From: an uncultured bacterium
Lineage (GTDB): Bacteria > Bacteroidota > Bacteroidia > NS11-12g > UBA9320
Direction of reading: 5' to 3'
Length of the DNA: 25,165 nucleotides
Assembly: GCA_963932895.1 (NCBI GenBank)
Contig: CAWVTO010000001.1
Span: 1 to 25,165, forward strand
Of this stretch, positions 1 through 8,043 are shown piece after piece. Both the position numbers and the translations under genes were made by a program. Under the pieces are notes generated by a model that was not told the DNA's origin, made no database searches, and saw only the letters and a list, made by a program, of their open reading frames with translations. Each line of letters starts with the position of its first letter. Within the stretch, counting starts at the first letter, position 1.

Positions 1-98
1 CCTTTCTCTACTACTTCCCCCCGTATGTCTCCGTTTTGGGCTGTAACATACTCAACAAAGAAGAGACTTAGCATCATAAATGTGTACTTTTTTAGCAT
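1..98 (-). CDS. 5' end (partial) of a secreted protein, probably a TonB-dependent receptor or carboxypeptidase-regulatory-like domain protein; runs off the window edge
   Basis: Not in the ORF track. My translation from ATG at 98 is MLKKYTFMMLSLFFVEYVTAQNGDIRGEVVEKG..., a Sec signal ending in A-Q followed by 'G.I.G.V.', typical of the N-terminal beta-sandwich of Bacteroidota TonB-dependent receptors. Only 32 codons are visible. Confidence 0.6.
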   Translation of the reverse strand, partial: MLKKYTFMMLSLFFVEYVTAQNGDIRGEVVEK

Positions 99-241
99 AA
101 TTCTGATTGTTATTTATGCTAAGTTCGGCAAAGCAAATGACAGAATAATGACAGTCTTTACCAACGTACGTTTTCACAGGACTACATTACACATTAAATT
201 CACCACCGATAGAATAACCGCTGGTTTATTGAAATTTGCCG

Positions 242-1054
242 CTAGTGGACAACCGGCAAAAGTGTTCGCTGAAACCGAACTTCTTTTTCTAAAAAGAACG
301 TGGCACTGCGTTCGAACTCTTCTGTAACGTCACTTAAGTGGTATTCGTCATTGGAGTGCTCATCACATTCTGCGTTTGCCAAGTCTAAGGTATGCAACCT
401 TGCCTCTACACTCTCTGCTACTATTTTGGGAGTATGCAGCACTTTTAGTTTATGTTTAAAAAAGGCCTCTATCTGCTGATAGATAATAGGATAGTGTGTA
501 CATGCAGGTATGAGCAGTTCGCACTCTTCGAAACCCTTGAAATACCTTTCGAATACAGGGAAAAGCACTTTCTCTTCCATAAAACCATCTTCAATAAGGG
601 GCACTAGAAGTGGTGTTGCTCGTGTCACTATAGTTAGCTCTTTGTTACGCTGAGCTAACGTGGCATTGAACATACCTGAACCTATTGTCTTACGGGTCCC
701 TATTATACCTATGTTGGTATACTTTGTTTGTTCTGCAATGAGATCTACAACTGGACTTATCACCTCTATGATCTTCTCTTTGGGATATGGCAGGTTTTCT
801 ATGTTACGTACAACTGTTGCTGCACTATTGCAGGCAACAACGATTAGTTTACAGTCACGTTTTAGCAAGTACTGCATTATAGCACGAACATAGCTTTGCA
901 GAGCTTCCTCACTCTTATCTCCATAAGGTAAATGAGCAGTATCACCATAATAGATGAACTGCTCATTTGGCAGTTTTTGCCGCAGGGCTTTTAGCACGGT
1001 TAAACCGCCTAGTCCTGAGTCAAATACGCCTATAGGTTGAGACGTGCTGATAAT
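242..1054 (-). CDS. murI: Glutamate racemase
   Basis: Motifs YYGDTAHLPYGDKS, VVACNSA and PACTHYP (both catalytic Cys). The frame stays open upstream of the ORF-track start (GTG 997) and encodes the conserved QPIGVFDSGLGGLTV motif. The start is non-canonical (ATT 1054 or ATC 1051), so the exact start is uncertain. Confidence 0.95.
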   Translation of the reverse strand: MISTSQPIGVFDSGLGGLTVLKALRQKLPNEQFIYYGDTAHLPYGDKSEEALQSYVRAIMQYLLKRDCKLIVVACNSAATVVRNIENLPYPKEKIIEVISPVVDLIAEQTKYTNIGIIGTRKTIGSGMFNATLAQRNKELTIVTRATPLLVPLIEDGFMEEKVLFPVFERYFKGFEECELLIPACTHYPIIYQQIEAFFKHKLKVLHTPKIVAESVEARLHTLDLANAECDEHSNDEYHLSDVTEEFERSATFFLEKEVRFQRTLLPVVH

Positions 1055-1062
1055 CGTATAAT

Positions 1063-1569
1063 TTAAAGACTTAACTTAGCCTTAACTAAAGGCAATAAAT
1101 CAAACTTAGGATCGCTGTAGATGACCCCGCTACCTTCTGATGTCTCCATAACGTATGCATAACCATTCGCTTTTGCTACCTCAGATATAGCTGTTCTTAC
1201 TTTTTCTAAAAGCGGCTTTAGTAGTTCTTCTTGCTTACGCTGTAGTTCTACATTTGCTCGTTGTTGTAGCTCTTGGAACTGCTTCTGTAGGTTTTCTACT
1301 TCTTGCATTTTTATCTCCTTCAACGTTTTGTTTACGCTAGGATCTTCAGATATTTCCATGAAAGCCGCATACTTTGTTCTCATTTCGCGGTCTTTGTCGT
1401 CCACTATGTTTTTCCATTGCTCTTGCTCTACTGCAAGTTTCTTTTGAATACTATCTGCCTCTGGCATAGATTCAATTAACAGGCTACTATTGATATGGCC
1501 TACTTTAGTTTGTGCTTGTACAGCAAATGCTGCACACACCATCGTTAAAATTACGAGTACTTTTTTCAT
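1063..1569 (-). CDS. ompH: OmpH/Skp family periplasmic outer-membrane-protein chaperone
   Basis: Signal peptide, then KVGHINS, a long Q/E/K-rich coiled coil, and a C-terminal LLKPLLEKVRTAISEVAKANGYAYV...D motif; tandem with a second OmpH. Confidence 0.92.
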   Translation of the reverse strand: MKKVLVILTMVCAAFAVQAQTKVGHINSSLLIESMPEADSIQKKLAVEQEQWKNIVDDKDREMRTKYAAFMEISEDPSVNKTLKEIKMQEVENLQKQFQELQQRANVELQRKQEELLKPLLEKVRTAISEVAKANGYAYVMETSEGSGVIYSDPKFDLLPLVKAKLSL

Positions 1570-1615
1570 TGGTTTGATTTATAAATTTATTTTAAAATTT
1601 TATTTTGTTTTTTAG

Positions 1616-2203
1616 CTATCTAGGCGGAAGGTCTCCGTCATCATACGTATCATTTGGCAAATTGTTACCACCACCTTCTGTGACTACTACTCCTAACTCC
1701 TCTAGCACCTCATCGCTCCTATCATATTTAGGATTAGACACTAACATTAGCATATCTCCACTTTTGTCGAAGATAAAGTCAAGTCCATTACTTTTAGCCA
1801 CTTTATTTATGGCATTGTATACTTTGTCTTGTATCGGTTTTATGAGTTCAGCTCTTTTTTTGAATAATTCGCCTTCGTAGCCAAACTTATCATTCTGATA
1901 CTTCTTCGCAGCACGTTCTTTTTCGATTATCTCATTTTCACGCTTGGTCTGCATATCTTTGGTAAGCAATACTTTCTCTGCTTGGTATTGCTTGTACAAT
2001 TTGTCGATTTCCGCAAATTTTGCATCTACATCTTGTTGCCACTCTTTGCTTAGTTCATCCAGTTGTTTTTGAGCAGACTTGTAAGACGGCATCTGGGCAA
2101 GGACGTACTCTGAATCTACGTAAGCAAATTTTTGGGCACTTGCTACATTGCTAGAGAGCATAAAGAGGCAGAATGCCATTATTATTTTCGCTATTGATTT
2201 CAT
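1616..2203 (-). CDS. ompH: OmpH/Skp family chaperone (second copy)
   Basis: AQKFAYVDSEYVL..MPSYKSAQ, FGYEGELFKKRAELIKPIQDKVYNAI..VAK..GLDFIFDK. Start reassigned from 2332 to ATG 2203 (MKSIAKII..., signal peptide, A-rich leader, downstream of a -7 element). Confidence 0.93.
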   Translation of the reverse strand: MKSIAKIIMAFCLFMLSSNVASAQKFAYVDSEYVLAQMPSYKSAQKQLDELSKEWQQDVDAKFAEIDKLYKQYQAEKVLLTKDMQTKRENEIIEKERAAKKYQNDKFGYEGELFKKRAELIKPIQDKVYNAINKVAKSNGLDFIFDKSGDMLMLVSNPKYDRSDEVLEELGVVVTEGGGNNLPNDTYDDGDLPPR

Positions 2204-2264
2204 ATTTTTTTGTTTCTTTGATAAGTAACTACACCAAAAGTGTGCTACTCTGCCCAAATTGCTG

Positions 2265-2272
2265 CAAACATA
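2265..2272 (-). promoter_or_regulatory. Bacteroidota housekeeping -7 element TATGTTTG for ompH-ompH-murI
   Basis: Exact TAnnTTTG match followed by CAGC, in the intergenic gap about 60 nt upstream of the ompH start; no clear -33 TTTG. Confidence 0.65.
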
Positions 2273-2343
2273 TAAAAAATTGGGGTTCACGTTCATTTTA
2301 GCCGTTATTTTATAGTCCGCCGAATTGTACACTATAGGCTACA

Positions 2344-2883
2344 CTAATGTTTCAAATTGATTACTTCCGTACGTATTTTATTACTCACGTTTAATGCTCG
2401 ATCTATCAGTTGTATCTCTAAATAAACGCTTGCGGGACTTTGTGCCGCTGGATTTGCAGTTAGATTAATCGTCATTTCGCCACTTATAGCTTTATACTTA
2501 CCTGTTGGAGTGATAACAGGCACCCGTGAATGATTATTGCCATATAGGCGACCATCTCTTGCATTCACAAGCTCTACAAACTCACCATTGGCATCTTCTA
2601 CCATGAAGGTGATTGGTAGATTGTGGGCATATGGACTGCCTAAATTATACGGTGCTGCCGTATCCGAATCTGTAAGTCCAATGTCACCATCTCCATCTTT
2701 GTAGGAGATAATCAGTTGAATAATACTGTCTTTTGCCGATACGTTTTCAATGATATTCACATCAATCAATCCTATCTCTGGCACATTGCTGTAACCCACT
2801 ATTTCTGGCTTGCATGCATATGTAGCTAGTATAATGAATACACTTATTATCTTTGTGGTCTGTATGATTAGCTTGCCTAACAT
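2344..2883 (-). CDS. Uncharacterised lipoprotein with a DGDGDIG motif
   Basis: Signal peptide with lipobox-like ATYA-C24. Motifs YKDGDGDIG and DRALNVSNKIRT resemble a conserved Bacteroidota hypothetical lipoprotein family (recognised from memory). Confidence 0.8.
   Translation of the reverse strand: MLGKLIIQTTKIISVFIILATYACKPEIVGYSNVPEIGLIDVNIIENVSAKDSIIQLIISYKDGDGDIGLTDSDTAAPYNLGSPYAHNLPITFMVEDANGEFVELVNARDGRLYGNNHSRVPVITPTGKYKAISGEMTINLTANPAAQSPASVYLEIQLIDRALNVSNKIRTEVINLKH
2848..2855 (+). promoter_or_regulatory. -7 element TATCTTTG for the LuxE-like gene
   Basis: Exact TAnnTTTG match 8 nt before ATG 2864; lies inside the opposite-strand lipoprotein CDS. Confidence 0.6.
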
Positions 2884-3838
2884 AAATGATGTGTGGAATG
2901 TATCAGAAGATAATTTTAACGAAATTGCACTTCAGATATTTCAATATCAAGCCAAAAATAACAAGGTGTATGCCCAATACCTACAATTAATTGACAAACT
3001 ACCCGAAACGATTGAGCATTTTGCCCAAATACCCTTTTTACCTATTGCTTTTTTCAAGACACACACCGTTGTAGCTGGAGATTTTGTTCCCAAAAAGGTA
3101 TTTGAAAGTAGTAGTACTACAGGACTAAACCCCTCTAAGCATCTGGTAAAGAATCTCGACCTATACCACACGAACTGCACTAAAATAATAGAACAAAAAC
3201 TCGGAGACATCACAGATTACGAAATCTCTGGACTGCTCCCAAACTACTTGGAACGAGACAACTCCTCCCTAGTGAATATGGTTGCTCACCTAATGGACCA
3301 CAACAAACAAGAAAAAGCCTTCTATTTGTATAATCATGAAAATCTATTTGAAAAGATAAAAAACACTTCGACAAAGCAATTACTCTTTGGGGTAAGCTTT
3401 GCCCTATTGGATTTTGCTGAACAGTATAACGTCACAAACAGCAACCTTACTATTATTGAGACTGGAGGAATGAAAGGGCGTAAAAAAGAGATTACGAAAA
3501 CGGAGGTTTACAATGAACTAAAGATGGCTTTTCCGAACGCTACTATCCTCTCTGAATATGGAATGACCGAGCTGCTTAGTCAAGCCTATAGCGATGAAAA
3601 TGCTACATACACCTGCCCAACTTGGATGAAAGTACTACCTCGAGCAGATAATGATCCGCTAAGTCATGAGGCAAACGGGCAAACGGCAGCTCTCAACATT
3701 ATAGACTTGGCAAACCTCTACACGTGCAGTTTTATAGCAACAGACGATCTTGGCAAAGTACACACAGATGGCACCTTTGAGGTAAGCGGCAGACTCGACT
3801 ATTCTGATATACGAGGCTGTAGTCTTATGGCCTTGTAA
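2864..3838 (+). CDS. LuxE/PaaK-like acyl-protein synthetase (ANL adenylate-forming family; often labelled 'acyl transferase' in Bacteroidota)
   Basis: PFLPIAFFK, FESSSTTG (P-loop-like), IIETGGMKGR, SEYGMTELLSQAY, ATDDLG, GRLDYSDIRGCSL (C-terminal Cys as in LuxE). Start moved from 2810 to ATG 2864 on promoter position and N-terminal resemblance. Confidence 0.85.
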   Translation: MISLPNINDVWNVSEDNFNEIALQIFQYQAKNNKVYAQYLQLIDKLPETIEHFAQIPFLPIAFFKTHTVVAGDFVPKKVFESSSTTGLNPSKHLVKNLDLYHTNCTKIIEQKLGDITDYEISGLLPNYLERDNSSLVNMVAHLMDHNKQEKAFYLYNHENLFEKIKNTSTKQLLFGVSFALLDFAEQYNVTNSNLTIIETGGMKGRKKEITKTEVYNELKMAFPNATILSEYGMTELLSQAYSDENATYTCPTWMKVLPRADNDPLSHEANGQTAALNIIDLANLYTCSFIATDDLGKVHTDGTFEVSGRLDYSDIRGCSLMAL

Positions 3839-3852
3839 CATCTAAATACCGC

Positions 3853-3860
3853 TATATTTG
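3853..3860 (+). promoter_or_regulatory. -7 element TATATTTG
   Basis: Exact TAnnTTTG match 6 nt before ATG 3867. Confidence 0.6.
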
Positions 3861-3866
3861 TATCCA

Positions 3867-4364
3867 ATGACAAAGAACATTTATCTTATTGCTCTACTTT
3901 TAGCTGCTTGTACTGCCGAGCAAGCTACTTACACACACTCTCTCGTGCCGGGAGGAGGTATCTCTACTGCAGAGATCACTTACTTACATGAAGCAACAGG
4001 TGTGGGCATTTCAAGCGGACTGGACCTTATGGAATCGGCTACTCCTCTTGTAGAAACTACCTTAGAAGCAAAAGACATCACAGTAGAAAATGTACCCAAG
4101 GGCAATTATAGTGTCGTACTAAAAAACGATTCAGGTACGAGTACATTCACAGATATACCTGAAAAATTCATCAATATGGATGCTGATATTCTCTTCTCTC
4201 GCAAAGTATTTGAACCTTTCTTTCCGACAGAGTGGGAACCAATGAAAGGGAATGACTTCACAACGCTTTATATAAAAAGCAAGCGTGATAATCAGATATT
4301 TTACATGAAGATAGTAGCCACAGGCACTAACAAAGAAATGGCTAAGTACTCCGAAGATTATTAA
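3867..4364 (+). CDS. Hypothetical lipoprotein
   Basis: MTKNIYLIALLLAA-C lipobox; no family recognised. The ORF-track TTG 3858 lies inside the -7 element, so ATG 3867 is preferred. Confidence 0.75.
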   Translation: MTKNIYLIALLLAACTAEQATYTHSLVPGGGISTAEITYLHEATGVGISSGLDLMESATPLVETTLEAKDITVENVPKGNYSVVLKNDSGTSTFTDIPEKFINMDADILFSRKVFEPFFPTEWEPMKGNDFTTLYIKSKRDNQIFYMKIVATGTNKEMAKYSEDY

Positions 4365-5725
4365 GATGCTCCTAATTTCCAGACTTTATACATCTTAGGT
4401 ATTGGATTAACCAAGAACCCATTGAGTATTCGCTTGATGTCGTTGTTATTCTTGTATGGAGTTATGCAGTCTTTGAGGTCTTCTGAGCTTTTAGCAGAAT
4501 CTGATTCTACAAAACCAAATCCTTTGTAGTCGCCCTCTTCTATTTGCACCACCCCATTTTCACCTCTGGTACGACCCGGACCGACTATATAGACGGATAG
4601 CTTAGCTTCTTTGTTCTCTGTAGCTGCTGTTACTCTTGCGTTATATTCTGCTACGGTTTCTCGTTTGGAGCAAATAGCACATGCATCTCCTAGATAGCAA
4701 TCCTCCTTTGTACGTTCCAAACTTGCATACTTTGGACACAACTTATTTTGTTCTACAAGTCTATACAGATGATCCTTAGCCATGGTCATAGAACTGAAAC
4801 TTTGGATACTGTTTTTAGCAAATTTTTTCAGGAATACATCAACACGCAGTACTCCATCTTGCCCTTCGTAGTAACACACGTGATAGTCGTGGCTCTTATT
4901 CTTTTGAGCTTTATTGTATTTGGGGTAATGCTTTTTTATTTCATCACTCTCTAGCAATAAAGCAATGAGCTCATTGCCCGTTTCTACAGAACTCACATGG
5001 TGTATACTCCTAAGTAGCTCACTCTTTTTTCTGCTTTTTTCAGAAAAATGGGTAACAATACGTTTCTTTATGTCCTTGGCCTTACCTACGTAGAGAATCT
5101 CCATTTTCTCTCCTAACAGGTAATACACTCCAGCCGTATTGGGCAACTCTTCAAACTCTTTCTTGTCCAGATTTGGTGGCAGCATGGCCTCCTTATTCAG
5201 CTGATTGAGCGAATAGTAGACAAAATCGTCCTTATCCTCAGTAAGCAAATGATGAAACAATTCTACCGTAGCCATTGTGTCTCCCATAGCCCTATGTCTA
5301 CTATGGTTTTGAATACCTAATGCAGGACATATTTTACCTAGAGAGTACGATGCATGACCTGGTATAATACCTCTTGAAAGTCGTACAGTACAGAGTTTTT
5401 TCTTGTTGAACGTAATACCTAAATCTTCAAAGTGGTTTTTGATAATGCCATAATCGAAACTCACATTATGAGCTATGAAAATAGTATCTCCCAAAAAGGC
5501 TAGAAACGCTTGAGCGATATCCTCAAACTTTGGAGCGTCTTGTACCATGTGATTTGATATCCCAGTAAGTAAGGTAATGGACTTGGGAATGAACACCTCC
5601 GGATTTACCAGTGTCTCGTAACTCTCAAGAACCTGTTTACCATCTGTTTTTACCGCGGCTATCTCTGTAATGCGATTGCCGTGTGAACCCCCAGTGGTTT
5701 CTATGTCTACAACAGTATATATCAA
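4361..5725 (-). CDS. DnaQ-like (DEDDh) 3'-5' exonuclease fused to a UvrC/Cho-like GIY-YIG endonuclease domain
   Basis: ExoI VVDIETTG, ExoII IAHNVSFDY, ExoIII HRAMGDT; GVYY...ILYVGKAKDIKKRIVTHF; E.IALLLESDEIKKHYPKYN; C-terminal Cys cluster. TTG start directly after the moxR stop. Confidence 0.88.
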   Translation of the reverse strand: MIYTVVDIETTGGSHGNRITEIAAVKTDGKQVLESYETLVNPEVFIPKSITLLTGISNHMVQDAPKFEDIAQAFLAFLGDTIFIAHNVSFDYGIIKNHFEDLGITFNKKKLCTVRLSRGIIPGHASYSLGKICPALGIQNHSRHRAMGDTMATVELFHHLLTEDKDDFVYYSLNQLNKEAMLPPNLDKKEFEELPNTAGVYYLLGEKMEILYVGKAKDIKKRIVTHFSEKSRKKSELLRSIHHVSSVETGNELIALLLESDEIKKHYPKYNKAQKNKSHDYHVCYYEGQDGVLRVDVFLKKFAKNSIQSFSSMTMAKDHLYRLVEQNKLCPKYASLERTKEDCYLGDACAICSKRETVAEYNARVTAATENKEAKLSVYIVGPGRTRGENGVVQIEEGDYKGFGFVESDSAKSSEDLKDCITPYKNNNDIKRILNGFLVNPIPKMYKVWKLGAS

Positions 5726-6691
5726 TTATAGTATACTCTCGATAATACTATCAGAGGATATCCCTTCGGCCTCTGCCTTATAATTACGCACTATTCTGTG
5801 TCTAAGAACCATTTTGGCTACCGCTTGTACATCCTCAATATCTGGAGAGTATTTTCCATTCATAAGGGCATTTGCCTTGGCCCCTACTATGAGGTATTGA
5901 GACGCTCTGGGTCCTGCACCATAATCTACATATTCATTTATTCGCTCTGTGGCTAGCTCTCTGCCTGCTCTGGTTCTACCTACCAGTTTTACTGCGTACT
6001 CATATACATTATCTGCTACGGGCACTTTTCTTACCAAGTTTTGGAAACCAATAATTTCTTCTTGACTCACCACATTATTTACCTGCACACTTGTGTGTGA
6101 AGTTGTAGCCTTAACTATGCTTATCTCCTCTGCAGTACTCGGATAATCTAAGATCATATTGAACATAAATCTATCCAGCTGAGCTTCGGGCAACGGGTAT
6201 GTTCCTTCTTGCTCTATAGGGTTCTGTGTTGCTAATACAAAAAATGGTTTGGGCAATGGATATTCTGTTCCATTGACTGTTACCGTTTTTTCTTGCATAG
6301 CCTCTAGAAGAGCAGCTTGTGTTTTGGGAGGAGTCCTATTTATCTCATCTGCAAGCACTATATTGGCAAATACAGGCCCTTTATTAAATTTAAAATTGCG
6401 AGTATCGTCTAATATTTCCGAACCTACAATATCGCTTGGCATAAGGTCTGGCGTAAACTGGATACGGTTAAAACTCATATCCAATGCCTCACTTATGGTT
6501 TTGATGAGCAGCGTCTTGGCTAGACCGGGCACACCTATTAGCAGAGCATGTCCGTTGCTAATGATACTGGTTATCACACCATTCACTACTTCGTCTTGGC
6601 CTATGATAACCTTACCTATCTCCGCTTTCAGTTCTTGTACTTTTAGTACGAGACTATCTGCCGCTTTTTTATCGTCGTTAAAATCTATCAT
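5726..6691 (-). CDS. MoxR-family AAA+ ATPase
   Basis: Walker A GVPGLAKT, RIQFTPDLMPSDIVG, Walker B LADEINRTPPKTQAALLEAMQE, ATQNPIEQEGTYPLPEAQLDRF, GAGPRASQ. Confidence 0.95.
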   Translation of the reverse strand: MIDFNDDKKAADSLVLKVQELKAEIGKVIIGQDEVVNGVITSIISNGHALLIGVPGLAKTLLIKTISEALDMSFNRIQFTPDLMPSDIVGSEILDDTRNFKFNKGPVFANIVLADEINRTPPKTQAALLEAMQEKTVTVNGTEYPLPKPFFVLATQNPIEQEGTYPLPEAQLDRFMFNMILDYPSTAEEISIVKATTSHTSVQVNNVVSQEEIIGFQNLVRKVPVADNVYEYAVKLVGRTRAGRELATERINEYVDYGAGPRASQYLIVGAKANALMNGKYSPDIEDVQAVAKMVLRHRIVRNYKAEAEGISSDSIIESIL

Positions 6692-6696
6692 TGGTA

Positions 6697-8043
6697 TTAG
6701 TTACTTAGACCTTTCCACCCTTCTAATTCTTTGCAATTTACATATTTGGCATCTATCCAAACATAGACACCCTTTTTGAATTCATCTACCCATTTTTTCA
6801 CTTCATTTTCTTGTTTCTGCTCCACTGCCAGAGATTGTATTTTCTGGTAGTCATCTTTCAAGTTGGCCTTGTGAGCAGGTACAACCTTACGCAAGTAAAA
6901 AAATCTATAGCCTTCTGTACCGTCTATATCTTGAAACTTAGCTGCATCTGAGTACTCACCGGGTACCATAGACTCTGCTTTCGCAGAAACAATTGGTGGT
7001 AGAGCTGCTATAGGAACTTGTTGTGAACCTGTGCCCCCATCAACATAATAACCACAGTTGTCTTTTGTTTGAGCATCTGTACTGTACTTACTCGCTACAT
7101 GGCACAATGTAAGACTGTCTGTTTTTACTGCTACAATGAGCTTTACCATCTCTTTCTTGAGTGCAATAAAATCACTTGGCACTATGAGTGGTTTTATAAG
7201 TATATGGCGTGCATTTACTTTCTCTCCTTTTCTATCTATCGCCTGTATGATATGATAACCATACTCCGTTTCTATTACTTCTGAAATGGAATCACTTTTA
7301 AGTTTGAAAGCCGCACGTTCAAAAGCACTTAACATCTGACCCCTGGCAAAATACCCAAGCTCTCCCCCATTGACGGATGTACCTGGATCATCACTATTGC
7401 TTTTAGCAGCAAAATCGAAGGTATAGACGCCATTCATTATCTCTTTGCGTAACTTGGTGATTTTTTCCAACGCATACTCCTTGGCATATATACTTGCTTT
7501 TGGTTTCATAGAAATCATTGCAAATTCTACCTCTTTATCAAAATTGGGTAAACTATCTTTTGGTATTTCATTGAAAAACAAGCGTACATCTGTAGGCGAT
7601 GCTTTAATACTGCTAACCAGGGCTTGTTGCACTTGCTGTGTTATCATTTGTTCTTCTACCTTTGGTTTCATCTGTGCCTTGTACTCATCTACAGACTTGC
7701 CAAGGTATTGCTCTAGTCTGGCCTCTCCTCCAATCTGTGAAGCATAATACTGAATCCTTCTATCAACTTCTGAATCTACTCTAGCAGCATCCGCATAGGT
7801 ACTATCTACTTTGCCTTTGTGTAGATAGAGTTTTTGTATGATCAGTTGATTTAATATTTCGCATTTTAAATCTCCATCATAAAATTCCATCTCCTTTTTG
7901 GCTTGGGCATACTCTGTCTCCATTTGAGATTTTAGAATGATATTTTCACCTACAACGGCCACCACCTCATCTAAAATACGCACGTTTTGAGCTTGCACCA
8001 TATAGCCGCAAAGCAGGAGTGCTATTGTTATCGTTTTCTTCAA
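6697..8043 (-). CDS. surA: SurA-like periplasmic chaperone / parvulin peptidyl-prolyl isomerase
   Basis: Signal peptide; LDEVVAVVGENIILKS (SurA N-domain); SDDPGTSVNGGELG, FERAAF, ETEYGYHIIQ, ARHILIKP (rotamase). TTG start overlaps the upstream TGA. Confidence 0.88.
   Translation of the reverse strand: MKKTITIALLLCGYMVQAQNVRILDEVVAVVGENIILKSQMETEYAQAKKEMEFYDGDLKCEILNQLIIQKLYLHKGKVDSTYADAARVDSEVDRRIQYYASQIGGEARLEQYLGKSVDEYKAQMKPKVEEQMITQQVQQALVSSIKASPTDVRLFFNEIPKDSLPNFDKEVEFAMISMKPKASIYAKEYALEKITKLRKEIMNGVYTFDFAAKSNSDDPGTSVNGGELGYFARGQMLSAFERAAFKLKSDSISEVIETEYGYHIIQAIDRKGEKVNARHILIKPLIVPSDFIALKKEMVKLIVAVKTDSLTLCHVASKYSTDAQTKDNCGYYVDGGTGSQQVPIAALPPIVSAKAESMVPGEYSDAAKFQDIDGTEGYRFFYLRKVVPAHKANLKDDYQKIQSLAVEQKQENEVKKWVDEFKKGVYVWIDAKYVNCKELEGWKGLSN

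Noticed and set aside
25-327. 100-aa + strand ORF in the track
   Set aside because: It overlaps the opposite-strand start of a signal-peptide gene (1-98) and the murI 3' end, and has no recognisable features; a shadow ORF.
2204-2332. 43-aa N-terminal extension of ompH given by the ORF track
   Set aside because: It spans the -7 promoter element and would bury the signal peptide; ATG 2203 fits better.
2864-3838. Bioluminescence (lux) system
   Set aside because: Only a LuxE-like gene is present; no luxA, luxB, luxC or luxD in the window.
6249-6779. 176-aa ORF antisense to moxR
   Set aside because: A typical antisense shadow of a conserved gene, with no promoter or motif support.
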